Below, piece after piece: positions 24,926 through 38,519 of a stretch of 59,965 nt of DNA (positions are counted from its first letter, which is position 1; every line of letters starts with the position of its first letter). The DNA is taken from assembly GCF_001194135.2 (NCBI RefSeq), contig NC_069007.1, positions 3,605,494 through 3,665,458 on the forward strand, given 5' to 3'. The notes below the pieces were generated by a model. The model ran no database searches. It was not told where the DNA came from and worked only from the letters and a program-made list of their open reading frames with translations. The position numbers were made by a program, and so were the translations under genes. This DNA comes from Octopus bimaculoides. Its lineage: Eukaryota.

Positions 24926-25694
24926 ATGATTAATTTCCCTTTAAATGGGGGAGGGGAAAAAATTCATTAAAACTCACCTTCTTTCTCATGTTCCTCCTCC
25001 TCCTCCACCACCTTTTCTGGTGTTCTTCTCCACCACCTCCACTCCTCCTTTCCCCTTCTTCCTCTCTCCCTTTTCTTCTTGTCATCTCTTCTTCCTTCTT
25101 ATTTTTCTTCTTCGTCATCTCCTCCTCCTTTTTCGTTTTCTCCACTACCTCCACCATTCCCCTCTTCTCCTTTCTTCATCTTTTCTCCTCCTCCTTTTCC
25201 ATGTCTCCACCATCTCCACCCCTGTCCCCTTCTTCGTCGTTTTTTCTCCTCCTTCTCCCCCAATCCCTTCTTCCTCCTTATTTTCCTCCTTCCTTTTGCC
25301 ACATTATTCATTATTAAAATAACTCCAACGATAATGTACAAAACTAATCGATTATTCCCAATGATTGAAAGTTAATAAACAAATTATTGAAAATAGGTAA
25401 TCCTTATTAGCCCTCATGATCTCTAGATTGTGCGTTCGTTTCCTAAACCGAGCAGTGTGTTGTGTTCTGGAGCAAAACACTCCATTTCACGCTGCTCTGC
25501 GACTATTTCGACACCTGACGTGTAACACACCTGTGCATCTTTACAGGTAATGTCGATTTGATGGAGAGAGTGAGTTAATGTACAGCACACATATTTGATC
25601 ACTATAAACAAATCGTTTGTGCAGGTTGTTTACAAAAACCGAACGCTCTACGTCGTCTCTGACTGGAGAATCCATTATTATTATTATTATTATT

Positions 25695-26470
25695 GAGCGT
25701 GTCTTATTTAATTTCTTGTGGAAGAGACTCATTCCAATGGTCAGGCGGTCAGTCTCCTGCTAACAACCCCTGGGTGGCGGTAAAGTGTGACGAAGTTCTC
25801 GGGGAGACTCATGGAGTCAACGAAAATGAACTGGCTCGTCTGTTCCTGAGGACTTTCCGGTCGGGAACTATCATGGACAATTTCCTGATGTCTTTGGCTT
25901 GACAGTGCTACCGGAGTGGGGTGGGGTGCTACTCTACAGGCACAGACATGTTGTCAGACGGGTTTTTCGAGGTGCACGCAGAGCAACGAAACCATTCTGC
26001 CCAAGCATTGCTGACTTGTGGGTTTATGTCAAACAGCTGCTGTCGTGGATGGGATAGATCCATCTATCGGTCGAGTTCAAAGTGATGATTGCCCCACCAC
26101 CTTCCTTTATTTGGGCAGGTAAAGCAGTTTTTCCTTTACCTGATGGCTGTGGCGAAAGAGATTGTCTGGTGGACGAGGTTGAAAGGCATGCGGATAAAGG
26201 CATTCCCCTTTCGTAGATCTCTCATCGATTTTTTTCAAGTTTCCTTTGACAAGGAAATTGAGGTTGGAGTGCGTGGTGTTGTCCTCGAATGAATTTACTG
26301 AAGGGTGGGTAAGAGTTGCAAAAATAGTAAGAGTGGGTGGTACTTCTCTAACTGTAGACTTGTGAATCGCAGGAAAGGAGTTGGAGAGGGTACTTGGCCT
26401 TTGGTGTTCAGGAATATCTTGGACGGTGGTGTTCCTTAATTGGCCCTAGGGGGTCCTCCTGTATTACGAG
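25695..26470 (+). mobile_element. Decayed L1/Tx1-clade LINE 3' region (zinc-knuckle and C-terminus)
   Basis: Remnants of AWQCYR, C..C..ETI and FLYLMAVAKEIVWWTRLKG...LIDFF. Confidence 0.6.
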
Positions 26471-26614
26471 GACTACATCACTATCCTTTCTTTTTTACTT
26501 TCATATACCATATATATTTCCCTTCATTTTCATTGTACACCGTATATACTTAATTCTTTTTAAAAATTTATTTATTTATCATATATTTTTTTATCATTTC
26601 CTTATATAGAGAAC

Positions 26615-26645
<31 letters not shown>

Positions 26646-27613
26646 ACTAGCAGCTAAGCCCAGTTTCACCCGGTCGGTTTGGATGATGTGGCTGTAAAAC
26701 CTGCTCTGTGTAAACATTCAACTTGTTTGGGCACTCTTACGCTAAAAAACAATTTTAGAATGACTTTTTTTCTGTCAAAACGCTAAAAATATCTGACCAA
26801 CAAAAAAAACCCAACCAAGATTCAACCAAATCAAACAATAAACCCAAATACTAAGCGAACAAAGATGAACCATCCCACTTCCATTGCACATGCACACATA
26901 TACACACACACACACACAAATACACACACATTCATATACTCCCCCTTTTACATACGCACACATATATTCACACAGAGTTGAAACGCTGTTTGATTTATTT
27001 TTTCAGCGTACAATTTTCATCATCCCACTACCAAGTATGACATCACCCCTTCCTTTCTCATTCATGAACACAAGAGTATTATTATAGTAGATTATCTCAG
27101 TAACCATGGGAGCTATGAAAAAAATACAATGCCCAGCATCACCACCGAATCATTCTACACATCTGAGTAATTTTTTCACACAATTCCACCCAGCCATTTG
27201 ACCATGAATCCCAAGACAAGAAAGAATCGCCCATGTCAAATTTATATGTGTGTGTGTGTGNNNNNNNNNNNNNNNNNNNNNNNNNNNNNNNNNNNNNNNN
27301 NNNNNNNNNNNNNNNNNNNNNNNNNNNNNNNNNNNNNNNNNNNNNNNNNNNNNNNNNNNNNNNNNNNNNNNNNNNNNNNNNNNNNNNNNNNNNNNNNNNN
27401 NNNNNNNNNNNNNNNNNNNNNNNNNNNNNNNNNNNNNNNNNNNNNNNNNNNNNNNNNNNNNNNNNNNNNNNNNNNNNNNNNNNNNNNNNNNNNNNNNNNN
27501 NNNNNNNNNNNNNNNNNNNNNNNNNNNNNNNNNNNNNNNNNNNNNNNNNNNNNNNNNNNNNNNNNNNNNNNNNNNNNNNNNNNNNNNNNNNNNNNNNNNN
27601 NNNNNNNNNNNNN

Positions 27614-27890
27614 CATAGTGCCAAGGACTCCAAATTTCCATCAAGATGTAGGACAAGATACTGCAATAGCCTGGGCTTCAGAGGTTCACAGCTCTTCAAT
27701 ATCCTCCCGAAGGACCTGAGAGATCTGCATGCGGTGGATGTAGGTGTCTTCAAGATGAGGCTGGACCCCTTCCTGTCAGGTGTCCCAGATGAACCAACTT
27801 CATGGCAGGAGGCGCAGATGAGAGCAGCTGCATCAAACTCTCTCATGCACCAAATGTCAATTCCTGAAGTAAAATTCGTGAAGTAAAATT
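27614..27890 (+). mobile_element. 3' end of the same CR1/L2-group LINE family
   Basis: PSRCRTRYCNSLGF is shared with the 440-840 copy; continues QLFNILPKDLR...RLDPFLSGVPDEP. Confidence 0.8.
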
Positions 27891-28228
27891 GTGTAGCAAC
27901 ACCAAATGGCGGTGCCCCAGCATGGCCACAGCTCATGAGCTGAAACTAGATAAAATGAAATAAAATGAAATGATATGTATATATAGTTCAAATTTACAAA
28001 AAATAAAAGAGAAAGACAGGTAGGAGAACAGGAAGCAGGGGTAGTAGTTTCATGGTTGGGTTGGAGGGAAAGGTCTGTGACATTTTGTGTTCTTTGACAA
28101 AAAGGAAGGAGAGGAAAAGAATGAAGAGAGAGAAAAAAAGAATCTGTAAGGGTTAACGGTTTCAACATGAAATACACACATAAAGACAGATAGATAGACA
28201 AGCAAACAAAAGACAGACAGACAAACCA

Positions 28229-28267
<39 letters not shown>

Positions 28268-30057
28268 CACATCACAGGCTTCCTTCAGTTTCTGTCTATC
28301 CAATGCATCTTACAAGGCTTTGGTCAGACTGGAGCTACAGCAGAAGACATGTGTCCAAGGTGACATGCAATGGAACTGAACCGAGAACCTTGTACTTGGG
28401 AAGCAACCCTCTTAACCACACAGCCACGCCTACATATTATATAATGCATTGCACAATACACCATAAATATATTACATAACATAATTATGTATATACATAT
28501 GAACGTATAAACATACATAATTATAAAACGATATCATATTCTACATGAATGAACATGCATATGTGTACACATGTATATAATGTGTATATGAGTGTATGTA
28601 TGTGTTCTTTCATTCATGCAGTATTGTATCTGCACACAATAAGCTGTTTTAAAGACTGGGTTTGTCAGACACCACTCGTACCAATTACACTAATAGCCAT
28701 AACAAATCGTCACTAATTGAATACCGGTGGGTCATGTCCCACCATTGTTGCCACTTCTGCTGTGGAGCCGCAAATGAGAACCGCTCAACCTTAAGTTTGA
28801 CACAATGACACGTTAGACGTCCAGGTGTTAATAGGTTCCATGAGGAGGTAGATTTCACTCGATACATGTCTGTGAACAAAAAACAGAAATAATTAAACAA
28901 ATTTTGAAATGTCTGTGAAAGATAGAAACCAGAAACCGGAAAGATTTTCTTTGTGTTGAATGTTCGGTAATGCATGTTGTTGTTGTTGTTGTTGTTGTCG
29001 TTGTTGTAGTGGTGGCGGTGGTGGTGATGGGGGTGGCGGCGGCACCAGCAGTGATGGTTCTGGGTGCTATGTTGTTGTTGTTGTTGTTGTTGGGCGTGTT
29101 GGAGGTGGGAGTTGGAGGAGGAGGGGGCGTCGGAGGTGATGGTGGTGTTGCTGATTGAGATGACGGTGATGGCGTGGGTAATAATGGTTGCAGTGTTATT
29201 GTTGTTATTGCTGTTGTTGTTGGTTGCGATGTTGTTGTTGTTGTTGTTGGTAGCATACTGTTGACGGTGGTGATGATGATGATGAGAATGATATTGATGA
29301 TGATCGTAATGGTGATGGTGATGATGATATATATGACAGGCTTCTACACTGTTTCCATCTACCAGAATTCACTCACAAAGCATTGTTTGGCCTGGGTCTA
29401 TAGTGGAAGACACTTGCTTAAGGCGCTGCACAGTGGGATTGAACCCGGAGCGACCTGATTGCAGAGTGAGCCATACTTATCCACACACCCATGTGGAATT
29501 CCTAAGAGAAGAAAAAAGGGATGAAACCACAACTTCCAAAGTTGCCGCTCTCTACTTTATGTCTATGTCTATGTAGCAGCAAGTAAAGGGGTGCAACCTG
29601 ATCTTTGATCTTGTACTTGCTTCTGTCATCTGGCAGAAGCCATGCTGGAGCATCAGCCTAAAGAGGTTTTGGTTGACCGGATCGATTCCAGTATTTATTT
29701 AAAACCTGTCACTTATTTTATTGGTCTCTTTTGTCAAATTGCTAAGTTACAGGGATGTAAACAAACCATCACCAGTTGTCAAGCGGTGTAGGGGGACAAA
29801 CACAAACATAAAGACACAGACACACACACACAAACACACACACATGTAAGCGCAGGCATAACTCTGTGGTAAGAAGTTAGCTTCCCAACCACATGGTTCC
29901 GGGTTCAGTCCCACAATGCTTTGGTTGGCCCAGGGCTATTATGGAAGACACTTGTCCAAGGTACCATGTAGTGGGACTGAACCCAGAACCATGTGGTTGG
30001 GAACCATACTTCTCAGTCAAACGACTATGCTTGTAACAAGCATTCACTCTTTCTCCA

Positions 30058-30113
30058 TCTATCTATCTACCTATCTATCTATCTATCTACCTATCTATCT
30101 CTCTTTCTCTCTC

Positions 30114-30144
<31 letters not shown>

Positions 30145-30195
30145 CTCTCTCTCTATCTACCTATCTATTTATCTATCTATCTACCTACCTACCTC

Positions 30196-30237
<42 letters not shown>

Positions 30238-30240
30238 ACT
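30058..30240. repeat. (CTAT)n microsatellite; other large arrays include (TA)n 850-900, (GTT/GGT/GAT) 28975-29330, (CTAT/CTGT) 35560-36040, (TA/TG) 37220-37330, (CA)-rich 44820-45480
   Basis: Simple repeats read directly; they account for many spurious ORFs in the track. Confidence 0.9.
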
Positions 30241-30755
30241 CTCTCTCCTTTTCACCTTTCTAACTCTTTCTCTCTTGCTCTCTCTCTCTCTGTCTCTATC
30301 TCTTTCTCCCTTTCACCTTTCTATTTCTCTCCCTCCTTCTCCTCCTTTTTACCTTTCTAGCTCTCTCTCTATTTCACTATTCATTACTTCTCAAGGGTCA
30401 AACACATTTCAAAAGCAACATTTTACAAGGTCAGAAAATACATTCATTATTTTGATTTTCATTTCAATTTTGCAATAAATAACGCTTCTTTACAATATGT
30501 TTTTATCTCACTTTCATAATTGGCCTATTTCAAATTTCCTCATTGTACTACGGCTTTCAGTATTGCCTAAGTGTATATACTAATTTTTTTACAATTTTTG
30601 TTCCATTTTTACATTTTAAATGAGGTAAAAATAATGTGTACACCAAACAAGTTTTTTTTTTATTTACCTGTTTCCATTCACCTTTTATGCAACTAAATCT
30701 TTTTCAAAAAAAATTCTTATGAATAAATAGAGAGCAATTTAAAATAATGATGATG

Positions 30756-30803
<48 letters not shown>

Positions 30804-31159
30804 GCAATAATAATGAGGAAGATTGCTTTTATTTGACACCATGGTGTCAGATAAGGTGGGGCACAATATAAAGACACATAAAATAATGGGATTTACTTAG
30901 AATTGAACAATAAAAAAAAAAATTAACAATAATAACCTTTCTACAATAGGCACAAGGCCTGAAATTTGGGGGGAGGGGGTAAGTTGATGTCATCGAGCCC
31001 AGTACACAACTGGTACTTATTTTTACTTATTTTACCCCGAAAGAATGAAAGGCAAAGCCGACCTCAGTGAAATTTGAACTCAGAATGTAAAGACAGATAA
31101 AATACTGCTAAGCATTTCGCCCGGCGTGCTAATGATTCTGCCAGCTCACTGCCTTAATA

Positions 31160-31189
<30 letters not shown>

Positions 31190-31190
<1 letters not shown>

Positions 31191-31313
31191 TAGTTGTCAA
31201 ACATCATGAAGGAAAAAAATGCTTTCTAATTGATGTATCAACACCAGCAGATGACAACATTTCCCTAAAAGAAATGGAGAAACTTTCAAAATACAACGAC
31301 CTGGAAATAGAGG
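31190..31313 (+). mobile_element. 5'-truncated R4/Dong-type non-LTR element, restriction-like endonuclease fragment, inserted in (TAA)n
   Basis: IVVKHHEGKKCFLIDVSTPADDNISLKEMEKLSKYNDLEIE directly follows a TAA array and runs into the gap. Confidence 0.7.
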
Positions 31314-32142
31314 NNNNNNNNNNNNNNNNNNNNNNNNNNNNNNNNNNNNNNNNNNNNNNNNNNNNNNNNNNNNNNNNNNNNNNNNNNNNNNNNNNNNNNN
31401 NNNNNNNNNNNNNNNNNNNNNNNNNNNNNNNNNNNNNNNNNNNNNNNNNNNNNNNNNNNNNNNNNNNNNNNNNNNNNNNNNNNNNNNNNNNNNNNNNNNN
31501 NNNNNNNNNNNNNNNNNNNNNNNNNNNNNNNNNNNNNNNNNNNNNNNNNNNNNNNNNNNNNNNNNNNNNNNNNNNNNNNNNNNNNNNNNNNNNNNNNNNN
31601 NNNNNNNNNNNNNNNNNNNNNNNNNNNNNNNNNNNNNNNNNNNNNNNNNNNNNNNNNNNNNNNNNNNNNNNNNNNNNNNNNNNNNNNNNNNNNNNNNNNN
31701 NNNNNNNNNNNNNNNNNNNNNNNNNNNNNNNNNNNNNNNNNNNNNNNNNNNNNNNNNNNNNNNNNNNNNNNNNNNNNNNNNNNNNNNNNNNNNNNNNNNN
31801 NNNNNNNNNNNNNNNNNNNNNNNNNNNNNNNNNNNNNNNNNNNNNNNNNNNNNNNNNNNNNNNNNNNNNNNNNNNNNNNNNNNNNNNNNNNNNNNNNNNN
31901 NNNNNNNNNNNNNNNNTTTGGGGGGAGGGGGTAAGTTGATGTCATCGAGCCCAGTACACAACTGGTACATATTTTTACTTATTTTACCCCGAAAGAATGA
32001 AAGGCAAAGCCGACCTCAGTGAAATTTGAACTCAGAATGTAAAGACAGATAAAATACTGCTAAGCATTTCGCCCGGCGTGCTAATGATTCTGCCAGCTCA
32101 CTGCCTTAATAATAGTAATAATAATAATAATAATAATAATAG

Positions 32143-32676
32143 TAGTGGCTCTCATGGCTTCTGATCTTAATTGATTGGAAGTGTTATCATATACATGTTT
32201 TGTCCTGGTATAAAAGATGGGCTACAGCAAATATTCTGCTCAATACCACAGATTTGCTTGTCAGTTGTTTGACCTTAACCAGTTGAGCATGTCCCTTGGT
32301 GGCTGACGATATGTGCATCTCTGATCATGAGCAGAAGTAGTGGGGGAGCATCATAGCCATGTGTTGAGAGAAATTATTTGGGGTTCGGATAATTCACCTT
32401 TGGAAACATGGGTGTTTTGCTCAACATCCTTAAACAAACCTTATCCAGGGACCTTTTGAGTAGGATGGGCTACTTGACCTGAAGAAAATTCTAACTGGGT
32501 CCCTCCTGCGAGGTCATGCGCTGTTTATCTTGATATGAGATCACCATGTCGCGCAAATATGGTTGGGATGCATGTACTTGGTGTACCCTTATAAGACGGG
32601 TAGTCATGATGGGTATATTGGGCTTCGTATATTTTACCCCAGTGTCACTTTGATGGCATGCACTGCCCTCTCACAC

Positions 32677-32700
<24 letters not shown>
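32143..32700. mobile_element. Unclassified element of about 540 bp bounded by (TAA)n; partial inverted copy at 1511-1690
   Basis: Shared CATGCCATCAAAGTGA...GCCCAATATACCCAT...ATAAGGGTAC...CATGACC; both copies abut TAA/ATT arrays. Confidence 0.6.
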
Positions 32701-32713
<13 letters not shown>

Positions 32714-33600
32714 GTAATAATTTCAAATTTTGGCACAAGGCCAGCAATTTTTGGGAAGGGGTAAGTCGATAACATCAACCCCAGTATTTAACTGGTGGTG
32801 GTGGTGGTGGTGCATACATACACACACACACATCTGTATGTATGCACATACAGATGCTCTCAATGCTGCACAAAGTCAGTCAGCTTTTGTATGAAAGGCT
32901 GCAGGGTGGGAATGTTGTTCAATCCATCTCGCCACCCCTTTTTTAGTACATCTCCCATCCCCCACCACCTCCTTCATTACATGACGCCATTCTGTAAAAT
33001 TATAATCTAGAATTAATTCCCAACATAATTCTAATTAGTTAAGTCCCATTTCGAGGTTGTTAAATCAAACTGCCAGTTCTCTCTTTTCAAAGTCTCTTTT
33101 GCACAACAGAAATATACAATGACAAAACTTGAAAATGGTAAACCAACAAGAATTATTTTTCAAACTCATGAGGAGTGGAGTAAACTGGGGCAATTCTTGC
33201 ACCAAAAGGAATAATAATAATAATAATAATATCATCATCATCATCATCGTTTAACGTCTGCTTTCCATGCTAGCATGGGTTGGACGATTTGACTGAGGAC
33301 TGGTGAAACCAGATGGCTACACCAGGCTCCAATCTGATCTGGCAGAGTTTCTACAGCTGGATGCCCTTCCTAATGCCAACCACTCTGAGAGTGTAGTAGG
33401 TGCTTTTACGTGCCATAATAATAATAATCCTTTCTACTAAGGCACAAGATCTGAAATTTTTGTGGGGACTTAATTTATCGACCCCAAAAGGATGAAAGGT
33501 AAAGTCGACCTCAACGGAGTTTGAACTCAGAAAGTAGTGACAGGTGTAATATTGCTAAACATTTTTCCCAGCGTGCTAACAATTCAACCAGCTCACCACC

Positions 33601-33639
<39 letters not shown>

Positions 33640-33999
33640 TTAGTAACCATAAGTAACCATGATATTATCAGTAACCATAAGAGCATCACAGCAAACCACA
33701 GCACATACCCAAGGTGCACAGAGCTGCGCTCGGTAGTGAAGTGAAAGCACGTTATAAAAATAAAACTACTGAATAATAATAATATTAACAATAATAATAA
33801 TAATGGTTTAAAATTTTGCCACAAGGGCAGCAACGTTGGGAGAGGGGATGAGTCAATTACATTGACCCCAGTGTTCAACTGGTACTTATTTTATCAACCC
33901 CAAAAGGATGGAATTTGAACTCAAAATGTTACAACAGGCGAAATACTGCGGAGCATTTTGCCTGGCATGCTAATGATTGCACCAGCTTGCCACCTTAAT

Positions 34000-34054
<55 letters not shown>

Positions 34055-34612
34055 GTTTCAAATTTTGTCACAAAATTCGGGGGAGGGGAGGGGTCGATGT
34101 AATCGACTCAGTATTCAACTGGTACTTATTTTTCACAATAAATTCCCACATATAATTGGAATCTGCACAATCTAAGCGGTATTTATATGAAATTCCCTTT
34201 TAAAGGATCCATTTCTGAAAGGAACCAAGTCGGAGTGGGGCACGCTTGTGTAGATGTGCCTTGTCGTCTGCACTAGCTTTAGGTTGGCCGAGATATTAAG
34301 AGTGAAACAAAATGAAGAAAAACTGCGAGGGGACAGTTCAATAGAGTTTATAAATTTGTAGGTGATAGATTTAGCTTGTTACCCAAATCCTGGGTCCTTT
34401 TCACAGAGTCCTTGGTAGCAAGCATTTGGACAGAGAGTCCGGTCCGAATTTTATAAGACCATATTATTCTACAAGACAACCTGTTTCCGAGACTCTGACG
34501 CAATGCCACGATGCCATTCTTCGTCTGACAAAGCGAAAATAGTAATAATTGTTATTATAAATTAAATTAAGATAAACAAAATTTTCAATTATTTTTAAAT
34601 TCCCAAATTGTA

Positions 34613-35423
34613 GCGCATGCGCACAACCACGCACTTGTATCCTGCATCTTGTCTTTATAAAAGCTGTCTGCTCTCTCTCTCTCTCTCTCCTTTGTTGGGA
34701 ATAAAGCACAAAAGACGAACGAGTGAACAAGCTGCCATCAGTACAGCACCAGAAGAACACTAATTAAAGCTGACTTGAGTTAGATCCGTCACGACAAACC
34801 GTTCATACATAGAACAGATACGATTTCTTTTGGGGACGATATATCACATATGTTAAAAACTGACCCGGGGTACTGCGGAACTGGTCTACAGAGAGAAGAC
34901 AGCAATAAGCGATTATTACTCATCTCGTTTAACTGAAATCATCTCAGACTTTAAAAAAATAATTAACTAATTGAAAAAGAAAGAACTAAAATTCAAAACA
35001 CGTACACGAACAGTCAATTTTAATTGTAATTAAAGAAATATATATATATAATTAACAAAGAAGCTGTTACATACATTGTCATCATCTCGGCTTTTATAGT
35101 GTCTGAGAGTAAATATAATGATTAGATCTAAGTTTATTTTAGCTGTTTAGTTTAAAATTATTATTTCTGTTGGTGTGTTGATGTGTAATGATAAGAAGTG
35201 ACAACAACAAATAACTTTTATAAGACGACGATTAATCACATTTCAATTCGCAAAACAAACATCCTCGGCTTTCAACAACAACAACAACTTTGCATTCATC
35301 GACCTGAGAACTTTTTGGCTATTATTATTGTTGTTAATTATTAGTAATTACAGCAGTGAGAAAAAAAAAAGCAAGCAGACAGACAAACAGAAAACAAAGC
35401 AAAACACGGCACATATTGTAAGT
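34613..35423 (+). promoter_or_regulatory. Orphan promoter or first-exon-like module
   Basis: GCGCATGCGC (NRF1-type) at 34613, TATAAAA at 34656, GTAAGT at 35418, elevated CpG. Confidence 0.35.
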
Positions 35424-35851
35424 TTTTGTTTTTTCTTTCTCTCTCAATTAATTTAAATGTAAATTGTCCCGTTTCCCAACGGGTTTCTCCATTGTTCTTT
35501 ATTTCTGAATATTTGTTTTTCTAATCTACGTGTCTGCCGATCGGTCGCACTCTAACTAATCTGTCTGTATCTATCTATCTATCTGTCGATGTGTCTCTCT
35601 ATCTGTCTGTCGATCTATCTATCTCTCTATCTATCTCTATTTATCTTTGTCTGTCTGTTTATGTATATCTATCTCTGTCTATCTATCTATCGATGTGTCT
35701 CTCTATCTGTCTGTCGATCTATCTATCTCTATTTATCTTTGTCTGTCTGTTTATGTATATCTATCTTTATCTATCTCTGTCTATCGATGTGTCTCTATCT
35801 ATCTATCTCTATTTATCTTTGTTTATGTATATTTATCGTTATCTATCTCTG

Positions 35852-35892
<41 letters not shown>

Positions 35893-37220
35893 TTCTGTTT
35901 GTCTACTTAGCTATCTCTATCAATCTGTTTCTGCTTATCAATCTGCAACTGTCTATTTATCTATCTGCCTATCTATTCGTCTATTTTATTCCATATCTGT
36001 CCATTTATCTGTATCTGTCTATCTCTATTCGTCTGTCTGAGTCCTCGTCATTGATGGAAGCAATGGAGACACATAGTGGGCGACGGCGCACCTCTCCTTT
36101 TTCATTTAACCAGGGTACTTACAGTCTACTCCGCATTGCATTCACCATCCTATCCCCTGCATTTTGGACCCTAGCATAATCCCTACATCCTAAAATCTGT
36201 TTCCATCACTGGACCCCCGTATCTTTCTCTCTCTTCTTTACTATTTTGTTTAACCGTCTCTCTCTGTCGCACTTGTTTTTGCATTTGTCTGTCTTCCTCT
36301 GTTCTTGTACTGTTGCTCTTCTCTCTCTCTCTCTCTCTCTTTCTCTCATACACACACACTTTCTCCCTTGTGGTCTTTCAGCCTCTTTCTCTTTCTTTCT
36401 TTCTTTCTCTCATTCTGTATGTTTGTGTTCGTTTCTTGTTCATTCTTTCATAGCATCTGTAGGCTATCATTAAAGTTGACTTTTGCTTCATAATAAACAC
36501 CTAACTCCCGCGTACACACACACACACATATTTGATGATACGATTGATAGAAATAAACTAAAAATTCGACTATATATATATTTCTCTACTAGCTATAAAA
36601 CAACATAAGTGACTTAATCGCCGAAAGTATTGCCAAATTCACTTACCAAACTTTGGTTAGTGCCTTATATATAGGTAATCTTCTCGACTACGTTCGTTAG
36701 GAGAACGTCTTTGACTTTAAGGTACAAAACAACAACACCAACAGAAAGCAACGTGTACCGTTATTGACTTGTAAGCACTCTAAGATATATAGAACAATTT
36801 ATAGTGGATAAGTTCCAACTGAATATATAACATCAAACAACAGGATTTTTGCAGACATTCGGATTGTTGTTTTTCCTGTTGTATATGTGACATACGCCGT
36901 GATAAAATGGGTGAATCACGAAAAAAGAAAAAGAAAAACACATGGGGATGCTTGATGTTGGAGAGACAAAGAAAATATCATCGCGAAGAAAGCTCAAGAA
37001 GAATATAGTCTTTGTAAACAGAAAATTGAAAGAAATAATAGAGAGATGGCTGTGTGGTTAAGAAGTTGACTGTGTAAACAAATGGTTGTGGGTTCGGTCC
37101 CACAGCACGGCGCCATAGGGAGGTGTCTTCTGCTATAACCCTGGGCTAACTAAGTCCTTGGAAGAGAATTTTGTGGACAGAAACTCAGAAACTGTGTGGA
37201 AGCCCTTCGTGTATGTATGC

Positions 37221-37298
<78 letters not shown>

Positions 37299-38088
37299 AT
37301 GTATGTATATATATATATATATGTGTGTGTGTGCCTTTGCGTTTGTCCCTCACCACCACAACCTGTATTGGTTTATTTATGTTCCTGTAACTCTGTAAAA
37401 AATAAGTACTGGCTATAAAGCCCTTCGAGTCAGTGCTCCAGCTTGTCTAGTGCGCAGTCCAATGACTGGAACCAGTAAAAGATAAAAAAGATGTTATTTT
37501 TACGCGTATGTATATCTACAAATGTGCAGCAGAAAAAAACAAAAGTATTTCAAACAGGAATTCGAGACAGCATGAGAGGTTGTAGCTAATCGCTGAAATT
37601 ATGTGTCATATAACTGCTAGATATTTAACTACTCATTCAGCTGGACTTAGAAGTGTTGATTATATTGTAGGAATAGATGAATCACTTGGCAACCACCGAA
37701 AATATAAGGTTCATCATCGTTTGCTGTCGTTATCTTATGCTGGTTGTTATATCGCATTTCTGTACCGTAGGTCAAGAACGTTCTTCACACGAATCTTTTT
37801 TTGGCAACACCATGTAGTAGATTAAGCAACACACACGAGCTATTTGCTATTTCGAATGGACTGGCCTGGTCTGGTCTGGTCTTTTTCCTCTTTATTGTCT
37901 TTTTTTTTTTTCCTTCGTTTTCCGTTCTTCGATATTGCACTCTTTGTCACAAAGAGGGACAAAAGACCGAAACGTCGTTATTTTCTCTTCACACTTCTCC
38001 GAACTCAACTTAATAACTGTGATTTTGAACCTGTCCTGTCTCGGTCTCTCTTTCTCCCTCTGAGTATTGTCTATATATNNNNNNNNNN

Positions 38089-38194
<106 letters not shown>

Positions 38195-38519
38195 AGGAAT
38201 ATTTTAACTGCGGAAATCCATTAAATAACCAGCAACTCATTAAAACACACAACAAACTGTTTCAGTAAAATTGATAAGAAACAACATTCTCTCTCTCTCT
38301 CTCTCTTCATACAATTGCTATTAATCGGTAAGATTGGATTAAAGGATTACCGTAATACGATTATAGATTAACAGTGTCTCCATCCAGATATACTGCGGAT
38401 AGGACCCACCGCTATCCCTGTGTATTCGGTTATTAAATTGCAAACACAATAGTGTTTCATGCATCCATTTTTTTCTGTCCGCTATTCCTACGAATATCGT
38501 TGGGGGTAGAATCCCCAGG

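Noticed and set aside
24930-25375. Lys/Glu/Arg-rich and Ser/Phe-rich ORFs
   Set aside because: By-product of the polypyrimidine tract being open in several frames.
27139-27936. Long ORFs spanning N runs (also 9645-10214, 31197-31970, 54434-55151)
   Set aside because: Artefacts of reading through assembly gaps.
28855-29256. Mucin-like Thr/Pro-rich ORF
   Set aside because: It is only the translation of compound GTT/GGT trinucleotide repeats; no splice or gene context.
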